From contig OX597814.1 in NCBI GenBank assembly GCA_951406725.2, forward strand, positions 145,886,001-145,950,000: a DNA stretch of 64,000 bases, written 5' to 3'. Below, one piece after another: positions 14,086 through 28,308 of this stretch. The translations under genes and the position numbers were made by a program. How positions within the stretch are numbered: the first letter of the stretch is position 1; the number at the start of each line of letters is the position of its first letter. The DNA is from Octopus vulgaris (taxonomy: Eukaryota). Below the pieces are notes generated by a model. The model was not told the DNA's origin, searched no databases, and saw only the letters and a program-made list of their open reading frames with translations.

Positions 14086-16618
14086 AGAATATTGGTTCAC
14101 CCGCGAGGGGAGACCTACAACAATATATAATAACAGTGTGTAACAATTTAACTCCGTTTAAAGAAACCAAAACCCCAAAATAGCGAGCCAACTCTCCCCC
14201 CACACTCTCTGCGCATGTCATTTATATTTTGGTACAGTCCATTAGGAGCCAACCAATAGGGCTGTTCTACGTCTACACAACACCGCCCCCTGTTGAGATT
14301 GGCTTTCTCCTTTACTTTATTCTTTTATTTCTATCATAATCCTATCTCTCTTGGCATTAATTTCCGTCATTTCTGTATGTTTTCTTTTCTTGTTCGACCT
14401 ACGTGTCGGTTCTGCTTTCACTTGTGGTTCTGGAACCTCGGACAGGTCATAACATATATCCATAGGCTCATTTCACCTTTCTTGATTTTTGGTATATCTT
14501 TTATTTAATTGGTTAAGATGCCTTTTATGTTCATATTTTGATTCTTATACCATGTACATCGCATTACCCACACGTCCAGTTCCCGTCCTTTTACCTTGTT
14601 CCCAGTCCTTTTCTTCCCGTTTTTATACAATTTAAAATATACTTCGTTACCTGTGCTAAAAATTCATTCTACTTCCTGAATTTTGTATTTTACGTTTCCT
14701 ACTCAGCAGTAATTTGTCAAACACAGAACGAATATTTCTGGAGAACATCAAATCTGCGGGTGACCTACCCGGCTCTGCATTGGATTCTCGTCTTTCTTAA
14801 ACCTCTCTTCAATGTATGGACGGATCTTTCTGCTAATCCATTTGACCATGGATGGTATGGCAGAGTTAACACATGCTTCATCTGGACTGACTTACAGAAT
14901 TTTTCGAACTCCTTCGCCGTGAATTATGTGCCACTATCTGACACGATCGTATCTGGTACTCCATAACGAGCGAACAATTCTTACAATATGTCAATGATCA
15001 TATTTGTGGTTGGCCTTGAACATTTACACACTTCAGGCCATTTGAAATAGCTGTCCACCTCGATAATAAAACAAGAGCCATTTATTGGTACTGCAAAATC
15101 GACATGCAGTGTAGACCATGCTGAATACGTTTTTGACTGCGGCTGTATATGCACTGGGAGCGCCTTTGATGCAATAGCGCATCCCTTGCATTGTTTTACC
15201 AGTCTCTTAATTTGTCCATATACGGCCAATACACTAAATCCCTCATGGGCTCTTCATCCGGTCTATCCCCAGATGTCCCACATGGAAGCCTTTCAATATT
15301 CTGTTTTGCAGTGCTTCAGGTATTACCACCTACTGTGCATATAATAATACATCATCATATACTGAATAATGCCTTGAACCTGCCTCCGTTCATTATATTA
15401 TTTTTCGTATTACTTCCGAACAGTATTTTTAAAAATCTTGTTTATGAATATATCTTTTTTTCCGATTTTAATTTAATTTCTTCTAGCGTTCCCGGCAAAT
15501 AACATACTACATTGTACAAAATGTTCTTCAATTCCATTTCTAGTTTTAACGATGCAATCACCATGTCTTCAAAAGGTTCCTTATATTTTGGAATTAGCCT
15601 AGACAACTCGTCTGCGTGTCCCATTTTCTTTAAAGGCAAAAACTCCATCTGAAAATCATAGTTCAACAGGGTAGTCCCTCAGAGCTGTATGGAGGCGCAA
15701 GTGGTTAGGGCAGCAGACTCGCGGTCATAGGATCGTAGTTTCGATTCCCAGACTGGGCGTTGTGAGTGTTTATTGAGCGAAAACACCTAAAAAAGCTCCA
15801 CGAGGCTCCGGCAGGGGATGGTGGTGATCCCTGCTGTACTCTTTCATCACAACTTTCTCTCACTCTTACTTCCTGTTTCTGTTGTACCTGTATTTCAAGG
15901 GGCCGGCGTTGTCACTCTCTGTGTCACGCTAAATATCCCCAAGAACTACGTTAAGGGTGCACCTGTCTGTGGAGTGCTCAGCCACTTACACGTTAATTTC
16001 ACGAGCAGGCTGTTCCGTTGATTCGGATCAACCGGAACCCTCATCGTCGTAACCGACGGAGTGCTTCCAAGGTACTCCCTCAGAGCTGTAAGCGGTATGC
16101 TAACTGCGTGGGGATACCCTTTCTCGAATCAAAAATAGACAGTAACGGTTGGTGATCAGATTGCAGCGTATACTTCCTACCGTGTAGGAATTCATGGAAT
16201 TTCTTTACTGCGAAGATTAATGATAAACTCTTCTTTTCGATCTGGCTGTAATTTTTTTCTGCTACTGATACATGTGCAATAGATTTTTTATCACCTTTAA
16301 ATCTATGCAATATCACAGATCCTATACCATATTCACAGGCATCCGATACCACAATTATTTTCGAAATGAGTTAATGATAACTCTGATGTTAACCACTTTT
16401 TAAATTCCTCGAATGCCTTCTGACATTCATTTGTCCAGTCCCATTTGGTGTCTTTCTTTAACAAATTATTCAATGGAGCTTTTAGCTCATATATTTTACG
16501 TATGTACAGCTGGTAATAACTTACCAAACCTAAAAATGCCTGTAATGTTATTTTGTTAGTTGGAGCAGGCATGTTTATATTCTGGGACAGTTCATTAGTA
16601 GCCATCTTCTACACAACA
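14086..16618 (-). mobile_element. Decayed, internally deleted Gypsy/Ty3 LTR retrotransposon (RT thumb, RNase H, integrase, polypurine tract, partial 3' LTR)
   Basis: RT thumb: LQAFLGLVSYY, WTNECQKAF. RNase H: DACEYGIG, NYSQIEK, SDHQPL, HADELSR. Integrase: CKGC, LHVDFA, VDSYFKWPEV, PDTIVSD, YHPWSNGLAER. Polypurine tract AGGGGGCGG (14283-14291) is followed by TGTTGTGTAGA. Confidence 0.9.
15690..16070 (+). mobile_element. tRNA-derived SINE (family 3) inserted in the Gypsy pol gene
   Basis: Head GGCGCAAGTGGTTAGGGCAGC...GTTTCGATTCCC; flanked by a 20-bp TSD GGTA[G/C]TCCCTCAGAGCTGTA (15670-15689 and 16071-16090, 19/20 identical). Confidence 0.9.
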
Positions 16619-18296
16619 GTTATAAAGTACCACATCGCACATCTACAAAAACTAAAGATAAGTAATATAAATCACATCTTTGTTCAACTTCACGGACTAA
16701 GTAAATTTCATTCCTGATGAATTTCAAAAATTAGCGACCAGATAATTGATGAAAAGAATTCGTAACGCACGCATAAAAATGAATAAACGCTTGAACATAA
16801 TTGATATGTGTTGGTTTCGACGATAAATGTACACTTACACGATTAACTGATTTGCATGATTTCAAATTGGACGTACAAGGTTTTGATGATACTTCGAATA
16901 CAACACCACACAGTGTAACATGTTTGGATCTTTGAATTTGGTATACAATGCAACCGTCGGTCACCGTGCAACCAAATTTACTCACAAGGACTGAATTGTC
17001 CAAAGGCAGTAGTATAAAACGCAATCTCACTTGTTCGTTCCTTTCTGTTACCACTCCTGTTAGCGGAGCCATAATACCTACCCTTGCACATCGATGTTAA
17101 GGTACTACTTCACCTGCACTGATTATATATATTTGTCAGTCTAGACGAAGATTGTTGGATCAAATCACCACAAAACAGGGGCATTCGTCTCAGTAATGAC
17201 ATCTACGTTGCATGCCTTTTACACTTTGCACTTCTCTCCACCGGACGACATACCGTTCTAACACTACACCAACATTCGTAAGCACAAGCACACATACTTT
17301 CAGAAAGATACACATATTATACGGGCATAAAAATATAAAGAGGCCTATGTATATATAATTCATAACAGTTTCAGCCACCATTACCTTTGTACGTATGAAA
17401 CCTAATTCCTTCTGTCACTTCTTGACATTCGAGTGGCTCAGCAAATCAATGCGCATTTCCTTCTCGTGGAAATGTTAAAAGTTCTTCCACATTTCAAATC
17501 ATACTTTGAGTAGCAAACAAATAATTTACAGTTTGATTTCTCTCTCTTTCATTCTCATGGGAGGTAAGATTTTAATCCTATATTGAATATACTTAGTTGA
17601 GGATATAATAATTTGATCCTGTAGTTAATCATAACATTCAAGGTGTGATAATTCTGGTCAGTGTATTATTCCAGATCATATCTTCCGTTGTAGTCACTTT
17701 TATGGTAATAACATAGAGCTTGAATGCGATTTGGTTATTTATTTTAGAATGGCGAAGAGTTAAGTAAACGCTTCTATATTGGATCGACTGCAGGATTAAA
17801 TATGTATTTCTGATATGTGTGAAAATGCTACAGTATTTGGGAAGTGGTATTCAGCTAATTATTACACCCGTTTATTCACTCGATTATGCGTTCATGTTTT
17901 ATATTTTATGTATGAAAATATCTGTATATCGAAAGGGTTAATTTATCTGTATGATTCGGTGAGGTACAGCATCATCTTTCATGGTGCTTATGTAGATACA
18001 AATCAATATTAATAGCTACAGTTGTGAAAAATGCATCGTGAATGAAACAGAATTTGTCTATAAGCCGAAATGATTGGTCGCGGCTGATCTTTAGACCGAA
18101 GTTGGGCTTCATCAAACAAAGTCAAGACAATCGCGTCTTATTTATAATTTGTTTCGAATTATCTACCTCGATATACCGCAATGTGGGTTTTCCTAATATG
18201 ACAGTGTTTAGGAGGATTACTAGCATGAAGAATGGTTTCATTCAAGATCTATCATCCTCCTTTTATTCTACTCTGTAACAACTATGTCTCTCTCTC

Positions 18297-18345
<49 letters not shown>

Positions 18346-18744
18346 GGTCTGTAATTCCTTCTTAATGGTCAAAGGCCTTGTCTCTTATAAATAAATGCTT
18401 ATTGGTCATTATTTAAGTCTAAAGTCCAGATACCAGACATTCCCACATAGCAAATGTTAGACTTACATAAACACAAATTAATATACCTTGTAAATTGTAG
18501 TAACCAAGACAACGATCTCCCAGTAATGTAATATAACTGTTCTATGTGGCATGGCTGAAACTATAGCTACATTAAAGCCTGACAACTAGATTTATGAGGA
18601 TTTCTAAATAAGTTCCGAATTAATTTAGTACAATAATATCGAGTGAAAATGACAGATTCCAACGATAAATGTCACTATTCTGAAATGAAGGAAAATTTCT
18701 GTATTGACAAATTACGTATTAGAAAGATGCGCAGGTGCGTGCAG

Positions 18745-18804
<60 letters not shown>

Positions 18805-20569
18805 GTATATACACACAAATATATATATTCATACACACTATATATATGTATATATACATATATTCCTGCGCGCGCACTGGTAGTACTTATATACAGTGAG
18901 AGATATGAAGGAAGGAGCCACATATGAGAAAGGAGATAAACATAATAAGAGAGTAAGAGAGAGAGAGAGAAGGAGAGAGAGAGAGTAATCACGTAGATCA
19001 TTTGAGCGATTGAGATTTGGTTCGTTAGCAGCAAGTTGGTTAGTGTTTGTAGCATGAATATTAATATTAGAACAGAAAACGAATGCACCAAACTGGAGTA
19101 GAAAACCGAAAGAATAGAGCCATTTTTTCTTGTTATTTATTTCATGGAATATATTGACGTAGTCGCATTTTAATCTGAAGTAGAAAAACAAACGTTATCT
19201 TGCTAATATTGGTATTGGTTCCAATTTATTCGTAATTCTACACGATGTTTACCGAGGCTCTTCATCTAATTTGCTTGCATATCTAGATCACAACATTTTA
19301 CATCAGGTTCGATTTGCCGCTCTGACTCCCTTAATACTATTATACAACATGAATACAATATCAATTGCTTCACCAAATATCTAACAGATTTTGCGTTAGA
19401 TTGGATATCATGAATTATGTATCATGGTACTAAATTTAATTAAATGTAAGAGGCTTACTTCACGAATAACGCTTAAGCCAATATTTGCACGAGATAGAAT
19501 TTAGACTCAAAACAAACATAAAATGCTATAGCAAGTATTAGGCTAGGAAATGTCACGGGTGATATATGATTATTTTGGTAGTTTCATCATGTTTGGAGTT
19601 AATGTTCAGAACTTCATGAATAGAGATATTCATTTTCAAGATCAATTGAAATATCTAGATTTTTTTCCGGCGTGATCACTTAGATTTATAAGAGCATTAA
19701 CCTTCTCACTTCTTATTTTATTGCGCAATATCCTTTACAGCTGCCATTGTTCAACAGCGTATCAAACATTACTGTTTGCTGTACGACTAGATATTTTCAT
19801 TGGAAAATAATGGAGCAAATGTTCATATAGTATTAGCTAAAATGTCGGTTGTATCTCCTTTAGTAACTTGACAAATAATGATACGTGTAAGATCGCTCTC
19901 TACAGCAATAGGCTTAAGAAACTTGAATGTAGGGTAGGCTCGGTAGCTTCCAAGCTAATGAGAAGTTCATCTAGATACAACGGGAGTGAATTGACACAGG
20001 TGATATAATTTATAAAATGCCGAAATTCGAAAGGAAATAAATGGACGACATACTTAAGCGTATGCATATACATACACATTAGTGTGAGCATCAGAGAGAA
20101 TGCCTCGATATTTTTCCAGTTCTTGATCCTCTGTGAAGCTAAAGTATAATGCAGTTGAACATTAATACTATATTGGTGAATTGTTGCACTGCTGCACTAA
20201 TAGACATAAATCTTGGGCTGCAACCAAATGGTCATTCAACTAAATGCTGAATACTCACTGACTACAATGCAGTAACCTTTCGCTCAAGGACATACAGCCT
20301 TTTCTTTTTCGTCTACAGTCTCTCTCTGAAAACTGCTCTCGTAACTACATGCATTTGCAAGAGACTATACCATCTATATATCCGTCCTTGTAAAAGAATA
20401 AATACAACATAATTTTATATAGTTCATTTTTTCCTGATTCTACATTCCACCGAGGCATAGGTGTAAGACTTTAATTTCACAACACTCTCGTTTTGCATGA
20501 ACATTGCAGTGCCAGAAATTTTGGGATAAATATTCCTGTGTAGTAGATGATGCCAACTCTACAATATAG

Positions 20570-20657
20570 TCTCGTTCGATCACCGAAGTTAAGCAACGTC
20601 GCGCCTAGTTAGTACGAAGATGTGTGACCGCTTGGGAAACCTAGGTGTTGTAAGCGT
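20570..20657 (+). pseudogene. 5'-truncated 5S rRNA pseudogene
   Basis: TCTCGTTCGATCACCGAAGTTAAGCAACGTCG...GTTAGTAC...GTGACCGCTTGGGAA...GGTGTTGTAAGC matches the 3' three-quarters of metazoan 5S. About the first 30 nt and the oligo-T terminator are absent, and box C is mutated. Confidence 0.9.
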
Positions 20658-20967
20658 CACACATTGTTTTAGCCCTTTGTGGGTAGTAAAGAAATAGGCA
20701 TATACTATCGATGTGAATTGTAAGTTCTTTCTCCAAGACACGATAAATTACAATCCTAATTCTTTGAAATGAAATGAAATTTACCATGCTGGCTTTTATG
20801 CTGCCTCTACATACGAAGTATATTTACAATTTTAAAAGAACAAAAGAATTACTCCAAATGCCATATAGTGGAATAGAACCTGAGTCATGATAATTGCGAA
20901 GAATTGTGCATACAAACAAGTATATATATATAGTTATGGGTGGAAATCGCAGGATTACTCTCTCTCT

Positions 20968-21368
20968 CTTTTACTCTTTTACTTATTTCAGCCATTTGAC
21001 TGCGGCCATGCTGGAGCACCGCCTTTAGTCAAGCAAATCGACCCCGGGACTTATTCTTTGTTAGTCCAGTACTTATTCTATCGGTCTCTTTTGCCGAACC
21101 GCTAAGTGACGGCGACGTAGACACACCAGCATCGGTTGTCAAGCAATGCTAGGGGTACAAACACAGACACACAAACACACACATACATATATATATACAT
21201 ATATACGACAGGCTTCTTTCAGTTTCCGTCTACCAAATCCACTCACAAGGCATTGATCGGTCCGGGGTTATAGCAGAAGACACTTGCCCAAGATGCCACG
21301 CAGTGGGACTGAAGCCGGAACCATGTGGTTGGTTAGCAAGCTACTTACCACACAGCCACTCCTGCGCC
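20968..21368 (-). mobile_element. tRNA-derived SINE (family 1), full length
   Basis: Reverse-complement homolog of 2995-3419. Confidence 0.88.
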
Positions 21369-22199
21369 TATATAGATTGCTATATCTATATTCAGTTTCA
21401 AATAGTTAATATATATGTAGATATAGTCATAGTCTGCAATTTTTATAATACTTCAGCTCAATACGTTAAATGGTTTTTGACACAGATAAATCGACGGATT
21501 AAATGGAATCTGAGGAACGCATGGAAAACAATGAGAATGGATAAATGTGACAGAAGGTATAACAATAAATGGATACACAGAAATATAGAATCTCGGAAAG
21601 AATGGGTCATAAAAGAGATGAGAAAATAAGAGAAGGACAGATAAATGGCGAGGTAGAGGCAGCGAGAGTGTGAGAAAATTAGGGAGAGAGAACATAAATG
21701 ACTGCAAATGGAAAGTAAATTGTTAATCAGAACTAGCTGCCAACGGACAAAACCAGAATAATATTTACTAAGTATTTTCATAATATTCTCATTAAACAAT
21801 GGAAAAGGAAGTAAAATAATAGTAAAAAAAAAATACTAATAATGAAAGGGAAAATACAGACAAGATCCGTAAGCGATCAAATACATTAATGGGAGAAGAG
21901 TTTTCATATTCTCTACATATTTGTATTTATCCAGAATGTGTAGATAAGTAATATATCTTTAGACAGTAAATTGGAACTGATATTAAAGGCAAGATCGTAT
22001 GAAAACCTTAAGCTGATATAGAATGATATATGATCGGAGTTTCCAGTGGCTTACAAATAAAAGATCAAGCGAGTTTGCGAATCGGTTCCCAAATATAATA
22101 TCGACTATGCATGCATATTGATGTGCTCAAATCTCTAGAACAAAGGCAGACACAAGAGTTGAAAAGATATATTTTGGTTTGTCATAATTTCATAAATGA

Positions 22200-22451
<252 letters not shown>

Positions 22452-23779
22452 GATGCATCTATATTTCTGTGTGTGTGTGCGTATCATTTCTACATATTTT
22501 ATACAGGATACACATGGCCTGAAATTTTGTGGGTGGAGTCGAGTTGATTACATTAATCTCAGTGCTCACTTAGTTACTTATTTTCAAAACACAGTCATTT
22601 ACATTTTCAGCTGATACGGAAATTGAATTCGGTGAAGAGAAACGCTCGTAGTCCATTGTTGAAAATGGAAAATCAGTCTAATAAAGCCCGCACCTTTACT
22701 TCACTGTCACTCTATCTCTTCTGTTGGAAGATATAGATTGACCGTGCGACAAATACTTAAGCATTGATGAATACATATCATATGAAGCTCCAGAGAATAA
22801 AGATAGAGCGATTTGACAATATTTTACTAAACTAAAAATACATAGAAAGAAGAACGCTCCACGGCAATGTCCCATAATGCATCTGCAGTTCCACTGTTGT
22901 AGATATCATTTGGGACACTTGACTGATTGGAAAAGGATATCCACTTAACAGACACTGAAAATCCACAAGGTTCTGACATCAACAATCGTATTCTACAAAA
23001 ACAGTAATATTGATAGTCTCTTGTTAAGAAAAATGAAGGAACTTGACGTTCGAGACCACTGAAGGAAGCCTTCGAATGTCATATAGAATCTCTCAGGCAG
23101 CAGGTGCAAAATAACTGCAACAAATTCATGAAAAATTAAATCAAGTGCGGCAAAGCGAAAAGAACAACATCCTTCGTGTCAGCAGCGAGCTCCTCAAGAA
23201 GTCCTCTCTTCCTGACGAGCTCCGACACAACCCTGAAACACCTCCCGGCAGACGGCTTTTTCCCTCTCCGCATAAATTGGGATAGTGGACAGAATATAGC
23301 TTTATAGCTACCCTGTATTAAAATTCGTATAATGATCTATGACTTCAATCATGATAATATGATCAAATCTGTCTTATTATTGTGTAACACTTATACGTCA
23401 TTTGTTAATTCAAATCAAAGGAAATGAGTGTTGATAATTTGCTCTCAATACAAATGTAAAGCAATTTGCCACACTCGTATCATTCCACTCGATTAAGCAA
23501 ACACCGTTTAAGACGGAATTCATCATGCTATCATAGGAAAATTGATAGTTCATTATACAAAATATGATGCGGAGTAAGCATATTAACATATTTCAGCCGC
23601 TGTCTCAATCTCTCATGGCCCCTATATAATGAATCTATATAATGAATCTATGGGAATAAGAATAAGCAATCTATCTGTCGTCGGGTGACAAAAGATCCGA
23701 TATGTCATCATGAATATAGCTTGGAAAGTTAGGTTTGCATCGTCTATTTCCCTCGAAGTTGTTAGCCACGAGACACGCC

Positions 23780-24240
23780 TTGAATCTGAACACTAGGACG
23801 TTGATACGAGGAGGTTCCCACGCTCTAACCCATAACTCCTTGGGAAGCTTTACTCGAAGCTTATGGTGCAGTGTTAACACCATCTCCTCCCTTGGATTCA
23901 CCCATCAGCTAACTAGAATTAGTGGGATTTGAGGCCAAGATCCAGCGAGATATTAGGGGTTGAATGAGGATCAGTGGTGCACTACTCAAAAACATAAATT
24001 ATGAGCAGTCAGTGGCTATCTTCGCTCCGCGAGGGTGGCTGCAGAAAAGGGTTAAGTTAACGATAACCATATCTAGAACTCATTTCAGCCAACATAGGCG
24101 GCTCTAGCAGTTATCAAGAATCTTCTGAGACTCGGTTCACTTTTTCAGTGGTAAAGCAATGTTTAGTACTTCAGATAGTGGCAACTTTGATGATCTTTGG
24201 GTAACAAGTATTCTGGTTAGAAACTTTACTCTTTGCATGC
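23780..24240 (+). mobile_element. Possible highly decayed AP-endonuclease region of an RTE-like LINE
   Basis: LNTRTL (cf. NVRTL), FQPT (cf. YAPT) and ILVRNF (cf. ILLGDFN) occur in the expected order; many stops. Confidence 0.35.
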
Positions 24241-24406
24241 ATCCGCCACCGTGAAGTTATATGTTTTGATGGATCTGACAGGATGAACAAGTTCTGCTAC
24301 AATTCCAACTCGGAGTGGAAAGTGTTGGAGCTAATACTGTGAAACCTTGTTTCAGACACTAATGATTCTGAAAAATTCACCGTTTTGTATTTACCAACAT
24401 TTGCAT

Positions 24407-24461
<55 letters not shown>

Positions 24462-24969
24462 ACACACACACACAAGTATATAATTTTATACATAAACAAA
24501 TTACTGTAGCGTTGACACCACTTTGTTTCGATGCTATAGCTGTATTTTAGCAAGCATTTAAATAGGATCTTTCATTGATGATATAATGCTAACACACGAT
24601 GGAAAGTGTTTCGACCGATCCCCAGATCCTGTTCAGGGATATATTGTACCGAATAAAATGCTTGCATCTATATTTCAATAGAGTTGGTTAACATATACGA
24701 TGTACATCCTTCTATAGCATAGAATATGTATACATTGTTAAAACAGATTCTGGAACGCACACACACTCACACACATTGAGATATTCTCAGCACGTGAGGC
24801 ATACAAGGACACAATTTCACAAAAACTGGTGCGCGACGGTTACATGCATGTGTACGTGTGTGTTGTGTATGATGTCAGTGTATTGGTGCCTGTATCTTTA
24901 TATAGAATGAGTATAATTAAAGCGTGCGTGTGTATGCGTGTGATTGTGTTTGTGAATATATATATACAC

Positions 24970-25006
<37 letters not shown>

Positions 25007-25335
25007 TGTATGTATGTATGTATCTATCTATCTATATATATACACATTTTTTTATACATACATACATACACACTCTTTGTGTGAGTGTATACAGGATGAA
25101 AGTGAGACGGATGAATGTGAGACAAAGATAAAGAAAGAGAGTGATGAATAAATGAAGAAATATGAAACTATGTTATTTCAAAATGTTACATCTTTCTTTT
25201 ATTGAAGTCTATAAGGAGGGAGTGAAGCCAAGCAGTCTGGCATCTTTTCAATTAAACCGTTATTCTTGGGTAAGAAATATTTTTGCACATTTCCAAAAAC
25301 AGAAATATATCCAGACATAGAATAGCTGTTAATAC

Positions 25336-25388
<53 letters not shown>

Positions 25389-26719
25389 CTATCTCTTCTG
25401 ATAATTTACATATGGTACAAGGAAGAAATTTTATCCAAAATTATTCAAGCGTATTAGTTCTCATAATTATATTGATCATTCTTTGTGCATAATTCGCTCA
25501 GATGATGAATTTAAATTAGTTTTAAGGTCAAAGATAAACACATAGCGACGTAAGAACAAAAAGAATAATAAAAAGTTGAATAAGTGTAATCAAGATACTT
25601 ATTAACGATGTTCAAGCCGTTTTCTGACAACACACATCATAATTAAGATGTTATTCATAATTAAGTCTGATAATAACCAAATTATAATAATCGATTTTGA
25701 GCTTTTAAAGACTTGCTGGTTCTATAACAATTGGTTTATATATTTTGGTATTTAAAACACAGTCATGCGTACTGTATGTGAAAGGAGGATATTCTTATAC
25801 GCCAATGTCTATGTACATTGTACATACGCAGTTTGCTATTATTCCCCATGTGTTAATGATGTCTCTTGTTGTTCGAAAGGTTTTTAGTGTTGGTTCGGGG
25901 CAATTTACTTTAACCTAATCGAATAGTTAATCGCGCTTGTTTAGAACTTATATAAGAATATCAGCTAATCGGGTTAAATGTTCATTAGATTTGATTATTA
26001 TTCAACGAGCCTTAATAACAAATGGAATTCTTCATTATATCTAGAGCCAAGGGTGACGTCTTTTCGTGGTCACTCGCTCTGCTCAAGATAGCTGTCATAT
26101 TTACTTTAAATGAAAAGTTTAAACCTTACAAGACAAAGAGACGTAATAATTACAAGTACAACAAGAAAAAAGACTGGTTTATCATGTTTGTATGTAATAT
26201 AGTTTAATTAATAGAAGCATTACACAGGCCGCTCACAGTGCAATTAGAAACATGCAGTCCGCTATATGATGCTTGATCAGGACATTGAGGACTGCTTCAT
26301 CTACTCGCCGAGACTTGCCTGGAGAAAACTGTTGCTAGAAACATAGCAGAACAAAATACTACCTGTCAAAGACACACATGAACATAAGATAGGGTCAACA
26401 TTGGTATCATAATCAGGCATGACCTTGTAAATTGCATGGTATTGTACACACTTTAACATTAATCAAAAAATGTTTTAGGACACGATACATCTTTGTCAAA
26501 GGTATAAGTGAGTGAGAGATGTCAGACTGACTGCTTTCAAAGACAGTAAGACAAGGAAAAAGCAACTCTGAGCATAAAAAATCGGTGTATGTCAAGGCGT
26601 GCAAAGAATCGTATTTGATATAAATGCTCACACAAATTGTAAACTCACTTTGTAATACCACTCACCTGGTAAGCGAATATCCTCCTCCTCATCCTCTTCC
26701 TCCTTCTCTTTCTCCTCCT

Positions 26720-27810
26720 CCTCTTCTCAGTCATTGTTGGGTTGTTGCTTGGTTTACATCAGCATTTTACAGTATATATTGTCCACGCAGAGGCTTCTGG
26801 TTCCACTGCTCCTCAATTTGTTTCTGCCCGTTCATTTTGTCCAGTCTGCTTGATCCATTTTGCTTGTTTTGTGACAGTGTTTTCAGGTTCCTCATCTAAT
26901 TCAGGGTTAGTGCCAAGTTCCCTTGCGAATTTACAAGCTTCCTTGACAATAGAATGTGATTCTTTGCTGCACACAAGCCGCAGCATCCAGTCCTCTGTAC
27001 TAGATACGTACTTATTCATTGCTATTGTGGAGGTCTTATAGCACAGTTCTACCTGCATTATTCTACTTGCTCCATTGCTATCCTAAGGTACAAACGATCA
27101 ATGTCTGATTTTGGCTGGTGCATGTTCTTAGATGCTAGTAGATTATTGTCTTCTTGTTCAGGCGTTGGAGCTCTGTAAGATTTTAGGAAATGATGTTAAA
27201 ACTATATCGGACTACTGGAAGTGCCAGAGTGCTAATGGCTTCGATGCAATTTTTGGAGTCGAGTTCAGTTTTTAGTATGAGTTTTATTCTCATGTAATAC
27301 TCCTTTCTTGTTTTTTTTTCAGCCATAGTAGCATGTTGTATACCATCTCCTTCGCTTATCACCAGGTATTTATAACTTCTTCTGGGCCAGACTCCTTCAT
27401 GGTAGCGTCGGTCTCTAATTTAATGGAAGCTGTTTGCCTAAGCTTGCCTGTTATAAAAGTTGCTTTAGCATAATTTTCAAGGCCAAAATCCATCCCGATG
27501 CCATTGCTGAAATCTTTAACAGTTGTTAGCAGCCCTACTAGCTTTGTGTTATTTTTAGAAAACAGCTTCAGATCGTTCATATAAAACATACCTAGGGCAT
27601 GTTTTATAAACGTTGAAACCACACCTGGTGATATTCAGTTTGCTTGAATGTAGGATCAGTGCCATCCAAAAGAGTAATGAGGAGAGGGAAACACGGGCAA
27701 AGATGCCTCGTTTCATGTTGATGTTGTTAGATTGGCTCAATCCATTACGATGGTTTAGAAGATGTGAGTTCCACTTCACCATGATACCTTGCAAGAATTT
27801 GAAGACGACA
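26720..27810 (-). mobile_element. R4/Dong-like element A: decayed RT fragment, truncated at both ends
   Basis: RGIFARVSLSSLLF, YMNDLKLF, GMDFGLENYAK and EDWMLRLV are homologous to element D; the 5' side abuts (TAA)n. Confidence 0.85.
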
Positions 27811-27822
27811 TTATTATTATTA

Positions 27823-27938
<116 letters not shown>

Positions 27939-27940
27939 AA

Positions 27941-27987
<47 letters not shown>

Positions 27988-27990
<3 letters not shown>

Positions 27991-28154
27991 GTTTGACTTT
28001 TGCTTTATGTCTGTACATGTTGGCTCCAAGTCTCACCCAGAGACAACAGGTTGGAAGTTCACGTTATTGTTATGCCTAGTGTGCAAGATATATTTGGGTT
28101 TTTTGGGGGGGCGTTGTACTTGTGAATGTCTAATAAATAAATTTAAAAAAAAAG

Positions 28155-28160
<6 letters not shown>
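27988..28160 (-). mobile_element. R4/Dong-like element E: 3'UTR-only insertion (D-type)
   Basis: Collinear with 35938-36120 (CAAGTCTCACCCAGAGAC...ACAGGTTGGAAGTTCA...GTGAATGTCTAA); flanked by (TAA)n. Confidence 0.85.
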
Positions 28161-28204
<44 letters not shown>

Positions 28205-28205
28205 G

Positions 28206-28276
<71 letters not shown>

Positions 28277-28308
28277 TAATATTACTATTATTATTATTAT
28301 TATTATTG

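Noticed and set aside
16731-17072. 113-aa non-repetitive ORF
   Set aside because: No recognisable motif or convincing splice context.
23205-23245. CTGACGA...GAAAC hammerhead-like boxes
   Set aside because: Helix II and helix I do not pair.
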